Shown in pieces: positions 10,009 to 20,051 of a DNA stretch of 64,000 bases. The first letter of the stretch is position 1. Each line of letters starts with the position of its first letter. A program made the position numbers and the translations under genes. The notes below the pieces were generated by a model, which made no database searches, was not told the origin of the DNA, and was given only the letters and a program-made list of their open reading frames with translations. Source of the stretch: Parcubacteria group bacterium (GTDB taxonomy: Bacteria > Patescibacteriota > Minisyncoccia > Moranbacterales > UBA11712); the NCBI GenBank assembly GCA_041659685.1, contig JBAZXV010000004.1, positions 6,355 to 70,354 on the forward strand, given 5' to 3'.

Positions 10009-10581
10009 ATGGAAAATACACTTGTTATTCCCTGGGGTTGGTATATTATTCGGGCAAGCGCGCTTGTTGGATTTTTTCTGCTCTATATTTCCATTTTTGT
10101 CGGATCCGTTTCCTGTCTTCCTAGAATCCGAAAATATTTTTTACGCCTTCGCAGTCTCAATGTGCATTGCTGGATCTCTGTTCAGGCCCTTATTTTCGTC
10201 GTTATCCATGGCACCGCCCTTTTTTTTCATCAATATATTAATTTTAATCTCGCAGATATTTTAATTCCCTTTCATTCAGGCTTTGAACCCGTTCTTGTCG
10301 GATTGGGGACGGTGGGATTTTATCTCATGATTCTTTTGATCGCCACATCATACGCCCGAAGACATATTTCTGAGAAATTTTGGCGGACTATTCACTATTT
10401 GAATCTCGGATTGTATATTGCGGTAATAATCCATGCGTTGTATCTTGGAACAGACCTTGGGAGCGGAATTATTCGGGAAACATTTATTTGGGCAAACGGA
10501 TTTTTAATCTTGCTGCTGGCTTTTAACATGATTTATCGAATTTGGTCAAAAAATAAAAACATTCAATGCCAGGGCGGTTAG
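10009..10581 (+). CDS. Ferric reductase-like (MsrQ-like) transmembrane protein
   Basis: WYIIRASA, paired TM histidines (VHCW, IHG, WRTIHY, IHAL..GTD). Confidence 0.85.
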   Translation: MENTLVIPWGWYIIRASALVGFFLLYISIFVGSVSCLPRIRKYFLRLRSLNVHCWISVQALIFVVIHGTALFFHQYINFNLADILIPFHSGFEPVLVGLGTVGFYLMILLIATSYARRHISEKFWRTIHYLNLGLYIAVIIHALYLGTDLGSGIIRETFIWANGFLILLLAFNMIYRIWSKNKNIQCQGG

Positions 10582-10616
10582 GGCGGCCCCAACATTGAAT
10601 GTTGTGCGACAGATAT

Positions 10617-10835
10617 ATGAGAATCTACGCCAAGGTGACCCCCAGGGCGGGGAAAAACGAAGTCCTGAAAATTTCAGATGGTGAATATAAAGTGAAGGTC
10701 ACAGCTGTTCCGGAAAAGGGGAAAGCCAACGAGGCGGTGATTAAACTTCTGGCGGATTATTTTGATGTTCCAAAAAGTCTTATAAGCATCATCGGCGGAA
10801 AATCTACTCGAGTGAAACTTATTGAAATCGGATAA
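10617..10835 (+). CDS. DUF167/YggU family protein
   Basis: KVTPRA, VTAVPEKGKANEAVIKLLA, G.KS.RVK. Confidence 0.88.
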   Translation: MRIYAKVTPRAGKNEVLKISDGEYKVKVTAVPEKGKANEAVIKLLADYFDVPKSLISIIGGKSTRVKLIEIG

Positions 10836-10946
10836 GTAAGATTGAAAACCAACAAACACTAGAGGTGTTGTGAATTTGTGCGCTTGTGGATAACCTCCTC
10901 TTTTTTTGTGCTATACTAAAACCAGCGAAAACCTTCCAAAACCAAA

Positions 10947-11300
10947 ATGTTCTACGAACCTCTCAAGGCAAAAAGATACATTATCATCGGAACTTCGGCT
11001 GTAATTCTGGCTGTTTTGATCGTGGCGATAGTCCCGCTTTTCTTCAAGAATCAGTCTTCATTAAAAAATCCCGCTACTGATCTGTCTCCCGAGGCCAAGC
11101 GGGAGCAGGAAAAAATCCAAAAAGAATTCGATAAACTGGAGGCGATGCGGAGAAATCAGGACGTAAAAGAATCAACCCCTGAACAGATTCAGCAAGAATT
11201 CGACTCTCTCGAAAAGCAAAGAGCCGAATCCAGCGCTACCCAGCCGACTCCGGAACAAATCCAGACGGAATTTGAGAAGCTTGAACAAATGAGGAAGTAA
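10947..11300 (+). CDS. Membrane-anchored protein with three IQxEFxxLE repeats
   Basis: TM helix then KIQKEFDKLE / QIQQEFDSLE / QIQTEFEKLE. Confidence 0.7.
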   Translation: MFYEPLKAKRYIIIGTSAVILAVLIVAIVPLFFKNQSSLKNPATDLSPEAKREQEKIQKEFDKLEAMRRNQDVKESTPEQIQQEFDSLEKQRAESSATQPTPEQIQTEFEKLEQMRK

Positions 11301-11403
11301 AAAATTAATTTTCAATAATATGGAACACAAAATTTATCCCATTAGACATCTCGCTTAACTAATATAAATTCTTGATATATAATCTAATTCTTAAAATAAA
11401 AAT

Positions 11404-11913
11404 ATGTCTAACAGGATTAAAAAAGCTTTCGAAAACGCCGTCTGGTGGTCGGGCGTGGTCACAGTCGGACTGATTCTCGGTATATCCCTTCAATTTGTGA
11501 GAGCCTGGACCGAACCGACGGATGTTCCTCCCAACGGCAACGTCGGCGCGCCGCTGAATACCAGTGCGGTTTCTCAAATCAAAAACGGAATTTTGGGCGT
11601 TCTGGGAATATCGACTTCGTATATTAATGTTCCGGGTCTTACTCCGGTGGCTGGAAATGTTCTAATCGCCCAGAATGCCTCCGGCCAGGTGGCTTGGGCG
11701 GCGGGAGGAGGGTGTTACGTGTCATATTCTGGCGGTTGTCTCTCGGGGTTTGTCAATAAGGGTTCTGCCGGTAAGTGGGGACGTTGCGGTGGCTCTGACA
11801 ACTACGCTTCATATTACGATCGCGCCGCCTATTTTAATCCGCCGGGTGGCGCATGTCCCAGTGCGTGGGGTTTTAAGAATCTTGGCGAAGCTTATGTTTG
11901 CTGTCAGCAATAG
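11404..11913 (+). CDS. Exported AWTEP-family Cys-rich protein (lone copy)
   Basis: GLILGISLQFVRAWTEPTDVPPNGNVGAPLNTS, as in the five copies at 50-58.5 kb; Cys-rich tail ending VCCQQ. Confidence 0.8.
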   Translation: MSNRIKKAFENAVWWSGVVTVGLILGISLQFVRAWTEPTDVPPNGNVGAPLNTSAVSQIKNGILGVLGISTSYINVPGLTPVAGNVLIAQNASGQVAWAAGGGCYVSYSGGCLSGFVNKGSAGKWGRCGGSDNYASYYDRAAYFNPPGGACPSAWGFKNLGEAYVCCQQ

Positions 11914-11989
11914 GTTTTCCATGCGCGGTTTGTGCAAGATGATAATCGCTTCCAGACTAACCCAAAACTAAATGTCTGGTCGAAATAAT

Positions 11990-12018
11990 AAAAAAGCGGG
12001 TTTCGGTCCGCTTTTTTT
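11990..12018 (+). terminator. Intrinsic terminator
   Basis: AAAAAAGCGG-gtttcggt-CCGCTTTTTTT. Confidence 0.7.
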
Positions 12019-12032
12019 GGTATAATGATTGC

Positions 12033-13637
12033 GTGAGCAAACTTGCCCCGTTAGAAAATTCTTCAAAACAATCATATCAATTTCGCGAAGTCGAAAATTT
12101 TTCAGGCGAAAAAAAAGAACCGAAGGGAGGTTTTTTGACGGGGTCTAAGATATTTTTCATATTGTCTCTTTGCTTTTTAATCGGAATTTTTTTGGCGTCC
12201 TTTTTTAGAATTGAAAAATATTTTGTTTTGATTCTTGTTGTTGCGGGGATAACTCTGTTTGTCATAAATTATAAAAACAAGAGAATGATAGTCGCGAGTG
12301 CGGCAGTTTTGTTTTTGGCGCTCGGAATTTGGCGGACAAATATATCGCTCGATTTGGCGAGAAGTAACTTAAGCAATCAAAAACTGGGGCCGGTTGAATT
12401 TTCCGGAATAGTGTCAAAGGAGCCGGAAACGGATGAAAAATATCAAAAGATCATTGTCGAGGGCGAGGAAAGAAACAAAATACTCATAAATTCAGATATT
12501 TATCCGGAGTATCAATATGGAGATCAGCTGAAAATTCAATGCAACTTGGAGGAGCCGAAAAATTATGAAGATTCAAATTTTGACTATCAAATGTATTTGG
12601 CAAAAGATGGAATATACCGGATTTGCAAAAAAGCGCAGATAGCCGCAGTCGCCAAAAACAGGGGAAACAGATTCTACGCGGCAGTTTTGGCCGCCAAAAA
12701 CAAATTTGAGGAAAGAGTTTCCGCGATTTTTCCCGATCCGGAAGGGGCATATCTCAAGGGGCTCATTCTTGGCGGGAGCAAGCGGATGACAAAAGATCTC
12801 AGTGACGCTTTTTCGAAAACAGGGACAACACATACGGTTGCGGTTTCGGGATATAACGTTACAATTATCGCCGCGTTTCTCATGTGGCTGGGAATCGCTT
12901 TCGGACTTTGGCGCCAGCAGGTTTTTTCTTTTGCGGTGCTTGGCATCGTTTTGTTTGTTTTGATGACGGGTGCGCCATCGTCGGCGGTGAGAGCGGGGAT
13001 TATGGGAGCACTTGTCATCTGGGCGATGAAGGAGGGGAGGCTGGCCAACTCCCAAAATGCGATTCTCTTTGCGGCCGCGGCAATGCTTGCGATAAATCCA
13101 CTCCTGCTCCGCTATGATGCGGGATTTCAGCTTTCATTTCTTGCGACTCTGGGAATCGTTTATCTCTCTCCCCTTCTCGAAAATTTTTTTTGGCGGGGGA
13201 GGGCCCCGAAGTTCATTCAGGAAACCGTCATTCTCACAATGGCCGCAACAATTTTCGTTTTGCCCGTGATTATGAACTCCTTTGAAAAAATTTCTTTGGT
13301 CTCCCCTGCCGCCAATTTTGTGATTTTACCGGCGATTCCGTATATAATGGGGACAGGATTCGCGGCGGGGGTAATCGGATTTATGTTCGTTCCGCTTGGG
13401 AAGCTTATTGGCTTTGTTCCCTATGTCCTTCTCAAATTTGAAATAGCGGCGGTTCAATGGCTGGCAAATCTTTCCTGGGCTTCGGTTGAAATAAAAAATT
13501 TCGATTGGAAATGGATAACGGTCTATTATGTTCTGCTCTTTGCCCTGATTTTCTATTTCAGACTCAGGCAAAAAGAGCGCAATAATAATATTGAAAAAAA
13601 TATAACCGATCAGCACTCTCTGCTACCATTACAATGA
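12033..13637 (+). CDS. comEC: ComEC/Rec2 competence membrane protein
   Basis: TGTTHTVAVSGYN, SAVRAGIM, GFQLSFLAT; many TM helices. Confidence 0.92.
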   Translation: MSKLAPLENSSKQSYQFREVENFSGEKKEPKGGFLTGSKIFFILSLCFLIGIFLASFFRIEKYFVLILVVAGITLFVINYKNKRMIVASAAVLFLALGIWRTNISLDLARSNLSNQKLGPVEFSGIVSKEPETDEKYQKIIVEGEERNKILINSDIYPEYQYGDQLKIQCNLEEPKNYEDSNFDYQMYLAKDGIYRICKKAQIAAVAKNRGNRFYAAVLAAKNKFEERVSAIFPDPEGAYLKGLILGGSKRMTKDLSDAFSKTGTTHTVAVSGYNVTIIAAFLMWLGIAFGLWRQQVFSFAVLGIVLFVLMTGAPSSAVRAGIMGALVIWAMKEGRLANSQNAILFAAAAMLAINPLLLRYDAGFQLSFLATLGIVYLSPLLENFFWRGRAPKFIQETVILTMAATIFVLPVIMNSFEKISLVSPAANFVILPAIPYIMGTGFAAGVIGFMFVPLGKLIGFVPYVLLKFEIAAVQWLANLSWASVEIKNFDWKWITVYYVLLFALIFYFRLRQKERNNNIEKNITDQHSLLPLQ

Positions 13638-14128
13638 TGGAAGTAAATGCCCTATTTATCCCCCTTTGCAGAAAACCAAGAGCGAAAGCTCGTCTTATGA
13701 ATGCTTCCTTTTCTGCTTCGGGGGATTCCGCCTCCCCGAAGGAACAGATGGATACCCTGTGTGCAAATTCGGGGAACTTCATATTTTATAGAAAAAGAAA
13801 ACGCCGGCCGCGGTTGGCGGAAAATGAACCGGTTGGAAGGATAGTTATATGCCAGGGAAAAATTTAGGCGCCTGATCCCTGCTCTCTGTCCAGCAATGCA
13901 ACGCCCTCAGAGAAAAATTTTTCATGACCCTGAGGTGGGAAATAATGTCGGGATGCAGCCCTTCAAAACCGGACATCCATCCCGGCTTCTCGAGGAGTTG
14001 AAGAAGGCAAACCGCTATTGGAATTTTTCTGGTGACGTTGCGGGTGTTTGCGGCGCAGATATAGCTTACCTCCTTGGGATACGGTTATATGATTAAATTT
14101 CTTTTATCATTTATTAAAAAAATAGCCA

Positions 14129-15004
14129 ATGAAGCAGAGAAAAATTTATTATATGTTTTTGGCGGCGCTATTACTGACATTTCTTTATTTCTCTTACCAA
14201 ATAACCGCAGGGACTAAGCCCCTCCGAGTCATCTTTCTGGATGTTGGCCAGGGGGACTCGATTCTGATTCAAAAGGGAATAAAGCAAATTTTGATCGACG
14301 GCGGCCCGAGCGGAAAAAGGGAGCTTTCTGAAATCGGAAAATATATTCCTTTCTTTGACCGCGAAATTGAACTTGTTATCGCGACGCATCCGGACAAGGA
14401 TCATATTGCGGGACTAATTGATGTTGCGAGGAATTATAAGATTGATCAGGTGCTTCTCACCGGAGCCGAAAAAGATACGGATGTTTTCAAAGAATGGAAG
14501 GATGTGCTTTCATTCAATAAGGTGAACGAGCTGGAAGCCTGGCGCGGAACAGAAATAAAATTCGATGGAATTGATATGAAAATAATTTCCCCGCCCGGGA
14601 GAGTTGATTCGGATGCCGGTGATGCAAACAATTCTTCAATTGTCACCCGCCTTGATTGGGGAGAGAATTCATTTTTGTTTACCGGCGACATCGAATCGGG
14701 AGCGGAAAATGAGATTCTTGAGAGCCTGTCTGCCGGCGAGGCAGGCGGGAGCAGCATAGATGTTGATATTTTAAAAGTCGCTCATCACGGCTCGAAGCAT
14801 TCATCAAGCGAAGCGTTTCTCGACGCGGCCAGCCCTGAGGAAGCGGTTATTTCCGTCGGCGCGAATAATTCCTACGGCCATCCGACGAACGAAGTTTTAG
14901 AGGCGCTCCGAAAAAGAAATATCCGAACATTGAGGACAGACGAGAAGGGCGATATAATCTATAAATGCAAAAATGAAAACGAAAAATGCGAAGTCGCGGA
15001 TTAA
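14129..15004 (+). CDS. ComEC-type metallo-beta-lactamase-fold protein
   Basis: FLDVGQGDS, LIDGG, THPDKDHIAG, LFTGD, KVAHHGS, NSYGHP. Confidence 0.9.
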   Translation: MKQRKIYYMFLAALLLTFLYFSYQITAGTKPLRVIFLDVGQGDSILIQKGIKQILIDGGPSGKRELSEIGKYIPFFDREIELVIATHPDKDHIAGLIDVARNYKIDQVLLTGAEKDTDVFKEWKDVLSFNKVNELEAWRGTEIKFDGIDMKIISPPGRVDSDAGDANNSSIVTRLDWGENSFLFTGDIESGAENEILESLSAGEAGGSSIDVDILKVAHHGSKHSSSEAFLDAASPEEAVISVGANNSYGHPTNEVLEALRKRNIRTLRTDEKGDIIYKCKNENEKCEVAD

Positions 15005-15052
15005 ATTTTTAATCTCCGCCAAAGGCGGGTCAGCTTCGGGCTGAAATTTTCA

Positions 15053-16084
15053 ATGATCAAATTTTCAATTCTCAAGAACAGGCTTTTGATTATATTTTTT
15101 GGCATGACGCTTGTCTTTCTCGCGGCGGCTTTACTGGTCTTTCTTAATCGTGAAAATGGAAAAGATTTTTCATCCGAAAAAATATTGCCGAATGATCCGG
15201 CCAAAAGCGGTGGCAGAAATATGGAAGAAAAAGTTTTTCCCAGGCATCCGATTAAACTCCTTTTCGCCGGAGATATGATGTTTGACCGCTATATTCGGGA
15301 AGCGGCGGGAAAATATGGGCGCGGCGACTACGCCTATGCATTGGAACCGCTCAAAAATGAATTGGCCCGGTATGACCTTGTTGTCGGAAATCTCGAAGGG
15401 CCCATTACGAAAAATGAATCAGTGAGTCAGGATTCGGCAATGGATGAAAAGAAAAATCTGATTTTCACTTTCGATCCGGCTGTGGCAAATGTTCTCTCTG
15501 AAAATAATATTAAGACGGTCAGTCTTGGAAATAACCATATCCTGAATCAGGGAGAGGCAGGCGTTGAGCAGACAAAAAAATATCTGGACGAAGCGGGGAT
15601 TAAATATTTCGGAGACACGGGGACTGAAGAAAATGAATCTATTTCCCAGACGGTCGGAGGAACAAAGATTGCATTGATAAACTATAACTATTCAATTCCC
15701 GGGTCTTCAGAAAAAGCTATCGGCGACATAAAAAAGGCCAGAGGACAATCGGACATCATTATCGTTTATCCTCATTGGGGCACGGAATATGAAATCGGCG
15801 ACCCGGGAGAATCGGTTCGCTTTCTTGCCCGGCGCTTCATCGATGCAGGCGCGGATGCCGTGATCGGCACCCATCCCCACGTCATTCAATCGAGCGAAAC
15901 ATACGAAGGCAAAAAAATTTATTATTCTCTTGGCAACTTTATTTTTGACCAATACTTCCAAAAAGAGACAATGGAGGGACTTGGAGTCGAAATTGCGGTT
16001 CAGCCTGATCTCAAGATGGAATATTTCGAAAAAAAATTTGTAATGAATAGGAAGGGGCAGACCGAATTAAGGTCTGAAAAATAA
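15053..16084 (+). CDS. CapA (PGA_cap) family metallophosphoesterase
   Basis: FAGDMM, GNLEGP, LGNNH, HWGTE, GTHPHV, YSLGNFIFDQ. Confidence 0.9.
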   Translation: MIKFSILKNRLLIIFFGMTLVFLAAALLVFLNRENGKDFSSEKILPNDPAKSGGRNMEEKVFPRHPIKLLFAGDMMFDRYIREAAGKYGRGDYAYALEPLKNELARYDLVVGNLEGPITKNESVSQDSAMDEKKNLIFTFDPAVANVLSENNIKTVSLGNNHILNQGEAGVEQTKKYLDEAGIKYFGDTGTEENESISQTVGGTKIALINYNYSIPGSSEKAIGDIKKARGQSDIIIVYPHWGTEYEIGDPGESVRFLARRFIDAGADAVIGTHPHVIQSSETYEGKKIYYSLGNFIFDQYFQKETMEGLGVEIAVQPDLKMEYFEKKFVMNRKGQTELRSEK

Positions 16085-16190
16085 AATGTAAAAGCGGCGG
16101 AAAAAATAAAAGCTTTTACTTTTTATCAAAAGCTTCGCCCCCCTTTGCAGAAAACCAAAAGCGTAAGATCAGGGAGCTCTAATTTTGATT

Positions 16191-16775
16191 ATGGCTTTCA
16201 GGCAAATAACAATGACTGCTAAACCTGTCTCTTCCTACATATTCATAATTTGGGTGATATTTTTCCTGTCACTTGGGAATGGATACTTGACGGCCTTAAA
16301 ATATCCCAACGAGAGCCGCCAGGCTGTCGAACAGCTTTTTTCCGGCCTTGATTTTGCAAGAAGCCTGAATACTTTCTATCTTTTTATTTTTATTTTCCTC
16401 AATAATTCCGTTAAGGCTTTTTTTGTAGTTCTCACCGGTTTCCTTTTTGGAATTGTGCCGATTTTTTTCGTGTTCTCAAACGCTAATTTAATCGGGCTTG
16501 TAGTGGCTGTTCTTGGAGCGCGGGAAGGCTTCCTTCGCGTAGCCCTAAGCCTTCTTCCTCACGGAATAATAGAGATTCCGGCGATATTGATTGCTTCCGG
16601 ATATGGTTTGTGGCTGGGAGTGAGATTTTACCGGACAATAAGATACGGGGAGCCGTTCAAAGAAGCCTTTGTTTATTCAATAAAAAGATACTTCAAAATT
16701 GTCGTCCCTTTGCTTTTTGTCGCCGCCTTTATTGAGGCTTATATAACGTCTTATTTGGTAAGCAAGGGATTATAG
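16191..16775 (+). CDS. SpoIIM-family membrane protein
   Basis: IFLNN, N..LIG, LLPHGIIEIPA, AAFIEAYIT. Confidence 0.85.
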   Translation: MAFRQITMTAKPVSSYIFIIWVIFFLSLGNGYLTALKYPNESRQAVEQLFSGLDFARSLNTFYLFIFIFLNNSVKAFFVVLTGFLFGIVPIFFVFSNANLIGLVVAVLGAREGFLRVALSLLPHGIIEIPAILIASGYGLWLGVRFYRTIRYGEPFKEAFVYSIKRYFKIVVPLLFVAAFIEAYITSYLVSKGL

Positions 16776-16798
16776 ACAGAAATATTTCCGGGGTCTTA

Positions 16799-16827
16799 TT
16801 GACACAGGTCTTTTTTTATGATAAAAT
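16799..16827 (+). promoter_or_regulatory. Sigma70 promoter
   Basis: TTGACA-N17-TAAAAT with extended TG. Confidence 0.6.
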
Positions 16828-16901
16828 AACATATTGCTCTGTCGCCATCGCGCGCGCAGGCAATTTTAGAAGAAAATAACTTAAAAAAAGAATAAGGAAG
16901 G

Positions 16902-17504
16902 GTGAAAAAGATGAGGAATGGCTCAGGAAACAAGCGGCAATACGATGCCCTAAGGACGATTATTTTAGTTATCGGTGCCTTAGCATTATTTTTTACAATT
17001 GGTTTCCTGTATGGAGAGCGGGAAACGCTGAGATCCGTTAAGCTGGCGAACGAAGCCCGACGCCATTCCACCTTCGCGGTGGTGACCTGGCAAAAAACGG
17101 CTGTGGATTCGAGGGTTGAAGAGTGCGAGCGTATGATTGAAGACCTTCTTTTCGAGGAGGAAATCATAACGGCCGGCCTCCAGGATTTATTCCGTAATTT
17201 CAACTACCAGCCAAACCTCAAGATCTGGTGGAACAGGAAACGAGTCAGACCCGGGACTGCTGTCCTCATCTATAACGAAGCCGATCTCCCAAGTGACTTC
17301 ACGGAGAAAGGTAAGCCCGAATTTATCCTGCCTCACAACGCCAAGAAAGGTGATGTAGTAATGCTTCTTGGCGAAAAGGATGGCGTGGTGAGGGTTTATT
17401 TTCCGACCGGTGATTTTGCCGGCAAGATCGGAACCTTCGAGCCCTCGAGAAGATTTGATCGCCAAGGCGCGTTGGTCTACCGAGAAATCGGTTTCACGGC
17501 ATAG
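16902..17504 (+). CDS. Hypothetical membrane-anchored protein
   Basis: 200-aa ORF with RBS, own promoter and TM helix. Confidence 0.6.
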   Translation: MKKMRNGSGNKRQYDALRTIILVIGALALFFTIGFLYGERETLRSVKLANEARRHSTFAVVTWQKTAVDSRVEECERMIEDLLFEEEIITAGLQDLFRNFNYQPNLKIWWNRKRVRPGTAVLIYNEADLPSDFTEKGKPEFILPHNAKKGDVVMLLGEKDGVVRVYFPTGDFAGKIGTFEPSRRFDRQGALVYREIGFTA

Positions 17505-17876
17505 GTGGGATTATCCGATAATATCAATCTTCGCCTTTGCTGCTGGTATAGCTATCGCCGCCTTCGATTAACTTGTGCTGAATATCAGCGCGGCGATCGC
17601 AAGTTGGCTGCGTCCTTTCTTCTAGATCTGCCCCCCCGCGCCGCGTCGCGCGGAGGGGACACAAAAACCGGCCACGTTGTGCTTCACAGGCCGGTTTTCA
17701 ATTTGATAAATTTCAAAAACTTAGGCGGATTTGCCCAAAAAGTATTTCTTTGTTAATATATCAACAAGCTCAGGGGCTTTATTTTTTTATCAAGTGAAAT
17801 AATTAATCCAAATTGGTTTTTTTTATTACCTCGCATTAAGTGCGGGATGATAATGGGCTGATTGTACAAACATCTT

Positions 17877-18956
17877 ATGAAATACGAAGAAGAATTTCCG
17901 CTTTTCAAGACAAAAGTGGAAGGCGTAACGAAAAAGTATAATCTTTCGGATGTTGCCGAAAGGAAAGAATATTTTGGAGCCAAGATCGGCGAAGATATCA
18001 AAAAACTCCAGAAGTTTTTTGACGAAGGGAAAACTTTTATTGTTTATCTCCTCGGAAAAAAGAATGCCGGAAAAGGCACATATACCAAGCTCCTGATGGA
18101 AATTTTCGGCCGTGATAAGATTGCCCACCTTTCGGTCGGCGATATCGTCCGTGATCTCCATGCGGCAGTAGAAGACGAAGACTACAAAAAAGAACTTTTG
18201 GATTACCTCCACAAAAATTATCGCGGTTATATCACTCCCGAACAGGCTCTCGACGCTCTTTTGGGAAGAGATCAGAAGACTTTGCTTCCGGACGAATTCA
18301 TAATGGCGCTCGTAAAGCGGGAAATAGACAAAATCGGCAAAAAAACTATTTTTATAGACGGCTTTCCCAGAAACCTGGACCAGGTTTCTTATGCCATGTT
18401 CTTCAAGCAGCTCGTCGACTATCGCGAGGATCCGGATATTTTCATTGCGATTGATATTCCGGAGGCGGTTATCGACGAACGAATGAAATACAGGAGAGTC
18501 TGCCCGATCTGCCACACTCCCCGCAATCTGAAACTGTTTACGACTCAGGAAGTCGAATATGACGAAAAAGACGGAAAATTTTATCTTATTTGCGATAATT
18601 CGGACCATGAACGGTCGAGAATGTACGGAAAAGAAGGCGATGAGATGGGGATCGAATCAATCCGCGAAAGATTGGAAATGGACGACCAGCTCATTGACAA
18701 GATTTTTTCCCTGCACGGCATCAAAAAAGGGCTCATTAGAAACGCTGTTCCGGTCGATAAGTCAAAAGAATACGTTGATGACTATGAAATTACTCCGGAA
18801 TATGTCTATGAGTTGGATCCGGAAACAAAAAAAGTTAAAACCATTGAAAAACCTTTTGTCGTGAAGGACGATGAAGGCGTTGAAGTATACAGTCTCCTTG
18901 CCCCGCCGGTAGCGGTTTCGCTGATCAAACAATTAGTGGAACTATTAGGACTATAA
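17877..18956 (+). CDS. Adenylate-kinase-like nucleoside monophosphate kinase (extended)
   Basis: GKKNAGKGT P-loop, HLSVGDIVR, IDGFPRN..Q, RRVCPIC lid. Confidence 0.8.
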   Translation: MKYEEEFPLFKTKVEGVTKKYNLSDVAERKEYFGAKIGEDIKKLQKFFDEGKTFIVYLLGKKNAGKGTYTKLLMEIFGRDKIAHLSVGDIVRDLHAAVEDEDYKKELLDYLHKNYRGYITPEQALDALLGRDQKTLLPDEFIMALVKREIDKIGKKTIFIDGFPRNLDQVSYAMFFKQLVDYREDPDIFIAIDIPEAVIDERMKYRRVCPICHTPRNLKLFTTQEVEYDEKDGKFYLICDNSDHERSRMYGKEGDEMGIESIRERLEMDDQLIDKIFSLHGIKKGLIRNAVPVDKSKEYVDDYEITPEYVYELDPETKKVKTIEKPFVVKDDEGVEVYSLLAPPVAVSLIKQLVELLGL

Positions 18957-18973
18957 TCTCGGCTTTTGGGACT

Positions 18974-19016
18974 CCTAAGGTCGAACCTTAGGATGCTCCA
19001 AGGGTTCGACCTTAGA
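18974..19016. repeat. Pair of REP-like palindromes
   Basis: CCTAAGG-tcgaa-CCTTAGG followed by an inverted variant; a similar pair lies at 44343-44385. Confidence 0.6.
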
Positions 19017-19019
19017 AAA

Positions 19020-20024
19020 ATGGAAAAAAATCAAAACCATCCCGAATACCAGTATTTGAATCTCATCCAGGATATTTTGGCAAATGGCGCGGATAAACCG
19101 CTTTTTCTGACTCCCGAGGTGCAGGATCAATACAAGAAGAAGGGCGAAGAGCTTCCCTTTATCCGCTCCGTTTTTGGGCGGGTGATCCGCTTTGATCTTG
19201 AGCAAGGATTTCCCCTGCTCACCACGAAAAAAGTTTTTTACCGCGGGGTTTTTGAGGAACTGCTTTGGTTTTTGACGGGCGACTCGAATATAAAATATCT
19301 GGTTGATCGCGATGTCCACATCTGGGACGAATGGGCCTGGAAAAAATATCATAAGCATTGCCTCAAAAATGAGCCGGAAAAAGATATGGAGCAGGGGGAG
19401 TTTATCGCAAAGCTCAAAGCCGAGGCGGCAGACAGCGATTTTGTGCGTAAATGGGGCGATCTGGTTACAATATATGGCCGAATGTGGCGCAAATGGCCGG
19501 CGGCGGACGGACATCTGATCGATCAGCTGGGATACTGCATAAACGGTCTCAAAGACAAGCCTTATCGAAAATCATACTGCGTTTCTGCCTGGAATCCGGA
19601 CTTCATCTATTCAATGGCCTCGCCGCAGAACAAAAACGAAGTTCCTCCTTTTTGCCATACGACATTTCAATTTGCGGTGGTAAACGGCAAACTGAATCTC
19701 GGCATGTATCAGCGGAGCGCGGACCTCTTTTTGGGCGTGCCGTTCAATATTGCAAGCTACGCCTTGCTTCTTCAGATGGTTTCGCAAGTCGTGGGAATTC
19801 CCGCCGGGGAATTCGTCCACTTTTTCGGAGATGTTCATATCTATTCCAATCATTTTGCCCAGGTGAAAGAACAGCTGGCACGCGAACCGCGCCCGTTTCC
19901 AAAATTAAAATTGAATCCCGAAGTGAAAGATATCGACGGCTTTAAATACGAAGATTTTACTCTGGAGAGCTATGATCCGCATCCGGCAATCAAGGCGGAA
20001 ATCGTGAATGTTGGCGGATCCTAA
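19020..20024 (+). CDS. thyA: Thymidylate synthase ThyA
   Basis: FPLLTTKKV, ELLWFL.G, IWDEW, PFCH catalytic Cys, YQRSADLFLGVPFN, GDVHIYSNH. Confidence 0.96.
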   Translation: MEKNQNHPEYQYLNLIQDILANGADKPLFLTPEVQDQYKKKGEELPFIRSVFGRVIRFDLEQGFPLLTTKKVFYRGVFEELLWFLTGDSNIKYLVDRDVHIWDEWAWKKYHKHCLKNEPEKDMEQGEFIAKLKAEAADSDFVRKWGDLVTIYGRMWRKWPAADGHLIDQLGYCINGLKDKPYRKSYCVSAWNPDFIYSMASPQNKNEVPPFCHTTFQFAVVNGKLNLGMYQRSADLFLGVPFNIASYALLLQMVSQVVGIPAGEFVHFFGDVHIYSNHFAQVKEQLAREPRPFPKLKLNPEVKDIDGFKYEDFTLESYDPHPAIKAEIVNVGGS

Positions 20025-20051
20025 GCGGGATTTATGATTTAAGATTTAAGA

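Noticed and set aside
13634-14096. Genes between the two comEC parts
   Set aside because: Short ORFs with no RBS or motif; split ComEC is not unusual
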